Positions 61,836-64,000 of a DNA stretch of 64,000 bases are shown piece by piece. The stretch comes from Hormiphora californensis (lineage: Eukaryota > Animalia > Ctenophora), in NCBI GenBank assembly GCA_020137815.1, contig CM035354.1, forward strand, positions 248,001 to 312,000, given 5' to 3'. The notes under the pieces are model-generated. The model did no database searches. It was not told where the DNA came from and saw only the letters and a program-made list of their open reading frames with translations. Each line of letters begins with the position of its first letter. Position 1 is the stretch's first letter. Made by a program: the position numbers and the translations under genes.

Positions 61836-64000
61836 TGTACTCCCAATACACTCCCAACGTCGTACCACTAGATAATAGCTCAGAATAATGCACTAACCAG
61901 GGTAACAAAGTAAACACGCGATATGACTATTGGCAAGAAATGGAATAAGTAATACATCACAATGATGGGCTAAAACACTCACAGTTGTCGTTCCTCTTAC
62001 GGTTGTCGTCCTCAGTAATCCACTTCCTCATCCGGGTAGTCCTCGGCCTCCACTCACATAGGGTCGCAGCAGCACCGCAGCATAACAGTAGTATCTCAGT
62101 AGCATCAGGGTACTCCTCCAGTACTATCATAGCTCGGTAATCGTATCAATCCCCAAGTATACACGGTCCGGGCATCGATCCTCAATCATCCAGTTAAGAA
62201 GTATAATAGTAGAGCAGGGACATCTCAGGAGCTGTAGTAGAGATCCTCTCTGTAACTGGTCCAAGTGGGAACTGCCCTCAATGGAAAATTCAGCTTCCTT
62301 AAGTATTCCTTTTCGTCGGAATACTCGGCGGGTATTGGATTACTCGGCGGGTCCCAGCGGGAAACTCGGCGGGCCAAACATGAGGCCGTTAGTATGGTAT
62401 CGGGTTACATTCATTTCACGATTACGACATACGTCGAAATACTCGGCGGGTCTCATCGGGGAACTCGGCGGGCCAAACATGAGGCCGTTAGTATGGTATC
62501 GGGTTACATTCATTTCACGATTACGACATACGTCGAAATACTCGGCGGGTCTCATCGGGGAACTCGGCGGGCCAAACATGAGGCTGTTAGTATCAGGTTA
62601 CATTCATGATTCATCCCACAACAATGCAGTGCTGGCAAGCACTACGGTGTAAATATTATATATGCACACGGTTCCCCGTGTACACTCCCGCACCAAAAAT
62701 CAAGAGCGGAGCGATGAAAATAATTTATTAGTCCGGCTCCCTTAGCTCCCAAATTTGTGTTCCTCCCTTTTTTCTCTCGTCCGATGGGTTGTCCGTAAAA
62801 GCTTGGAATATCTTCACACGACCCTTCGTGTACACTCCCGCACCAAAAATCAAGAGCGGAGCGATGAAAGTTAAATTATTAGTCCGGCTCCCTTAGCTCC
62901 CAAATGTGTGTTCCTCCCTTTTTTCTCTCGTCCGATGGGTTGTCCGTAAAAGCTTGGAATATCTTCACACGACCCTTCGTGTACACTCCCGCACCAAAAA
63001 TCAAGAGCGGAGCGATGAAAGTTAAATTATTAGTCCGGCTCCCTTAGCTCCCAAATGTGTGTTCCTCCCTTTTTTCTCTCGTCCGATGGGTTGTCCGTAA
63101 AAGCTTGGAATATCTTCACACGACCCTTCGTGTACATAATAATGCACTAACCAGGGTAACAAAGTAAACACGCGATATGACTATTGGCAAGAAATGGAAT
63201 AAGTAATACATCACAATGATGGGCTAAAACACTCACAGTTGTCGTTCCTCTTACGGTTGTCGTCCTCAGTAATCCACTTCCTCATCCGGGTAGTCCTCGG
63301 CCTCCACTCACATAGGGTCGCAGCAGCACCGCAGCATAACAGTAGTATCTCAGTAGCATCAGGGTACTCCTCCAGTACTATCATAGCTCGGTAATCGTAT
63401 CAATCCCCAAGTATACACGGTCCGGGCATCGATCCTCAATCATCCAGTTAAGAAGTATAATAGTAGAGCAGGGACATCTCAGGAGCTGTAGTAGAGATCC
63501 TCTCTGTAACTGGTCCAAGTGGGAACTGCCCTCAATGGAAAATTCAGCTTCCTTAAGTATTCCTTTTCGTCGGAATACTCGGCGGGTATTGGATTACTCG
63601 GCGGGTCCCAGCGGGAAACTCGGCGGGCCAAACATGAGGCCGTTAGTATAGGTATCGGGTTACATTCATTTCACGATTACGACATACGTCGAAATACTCG
63701 GCGGGTCTCATCGGGGAACTCGGCGGGCCAAACATGAGGCCGTTAGTATGGTATCGGGTTACATTCATTTCACGATTACGACATACGTCGAAATACTCGG
63801 CGGGTCTCCTCGGGGAACTCGGCGGGCCAAACATGAGGCTGTTAGTATCAGGTTACATTCATGATTCATCCCACAACAATGCAGTGCTGGCAAGCACTAC
63901 GGTGTAAATATTATATATGCACACGGTTCCCCGTGTACACTCCCGCACCAAAAATCAAGAGCGGAGCGATGAAAATAATTTATTAGTCCGGCTCCCTTAG
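61836..64000 (-). mobile_element. LTR retrotransposon 3' LTR (61836-62684) with PPT, tandemly duplicated (second copy ~63138-63939); 151-bp pre-LTR segment triplicated
   Basis: LTR bounded by TGTAC...GTACA and preceded on the minus strand by TTTTTGGTGCGGGAG (PPT-like); ~1255-bp duplication unit. Confidence 0.6.

Noticed and set aside
62685-63135. 151-bp repeats with GATTTTTGG as snRNA or SL RNA genes (Sm site)
   Set aside because: There is no recognizable U snRNA or SL 5' sequence, and the motif is better explained as the PPT region next to an LTR.

Overview
Intron-rich eukaryotic (animal) genomic DNA. The abundant 109-bp CAGGAACCGACCGA MITE resembles one I recall from ctenophore (Pleurobrachia-type) sequence, so the organism is an inference. 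I reconstructed eight protein-coding genes by hand from GT-AG exon phasing and family motifs: GSAP/PION-like (+, 5' end outside the window), a PNT+ETS transcription factor (-), a single-exon cyclic-nucleotide-binding-domain protein (-), a secreted adipolin/erythroferrone (FAM132/C1QTNF12)-like protein (+), and a co-oriented minus-strand cluster of presenilin (partial), NAA20, METAP1D and POLR2D. Introns are packed with foldback/MITE DNA transposons (TTAA-, TA-, 8-bp-, 9-bp- and 3-bp-TSD types), CR1-like LINE remnants, a CRE-like RLE retrotransposon with a poly(C) tail, and a tandemly duplicated LTR. The most striking pattern is that exon-intron junctions are repeatedly the seed of local tandem repeats, from single duplications up to a ~46-copy array of a complete 3' splice site. 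About 25 of those copies are in frame with the downstream exon. Two zones (~24.8-28.5 kb and ~30.7-33.5 kb) look like low-accuracy, homopolymer-inflated sequence.
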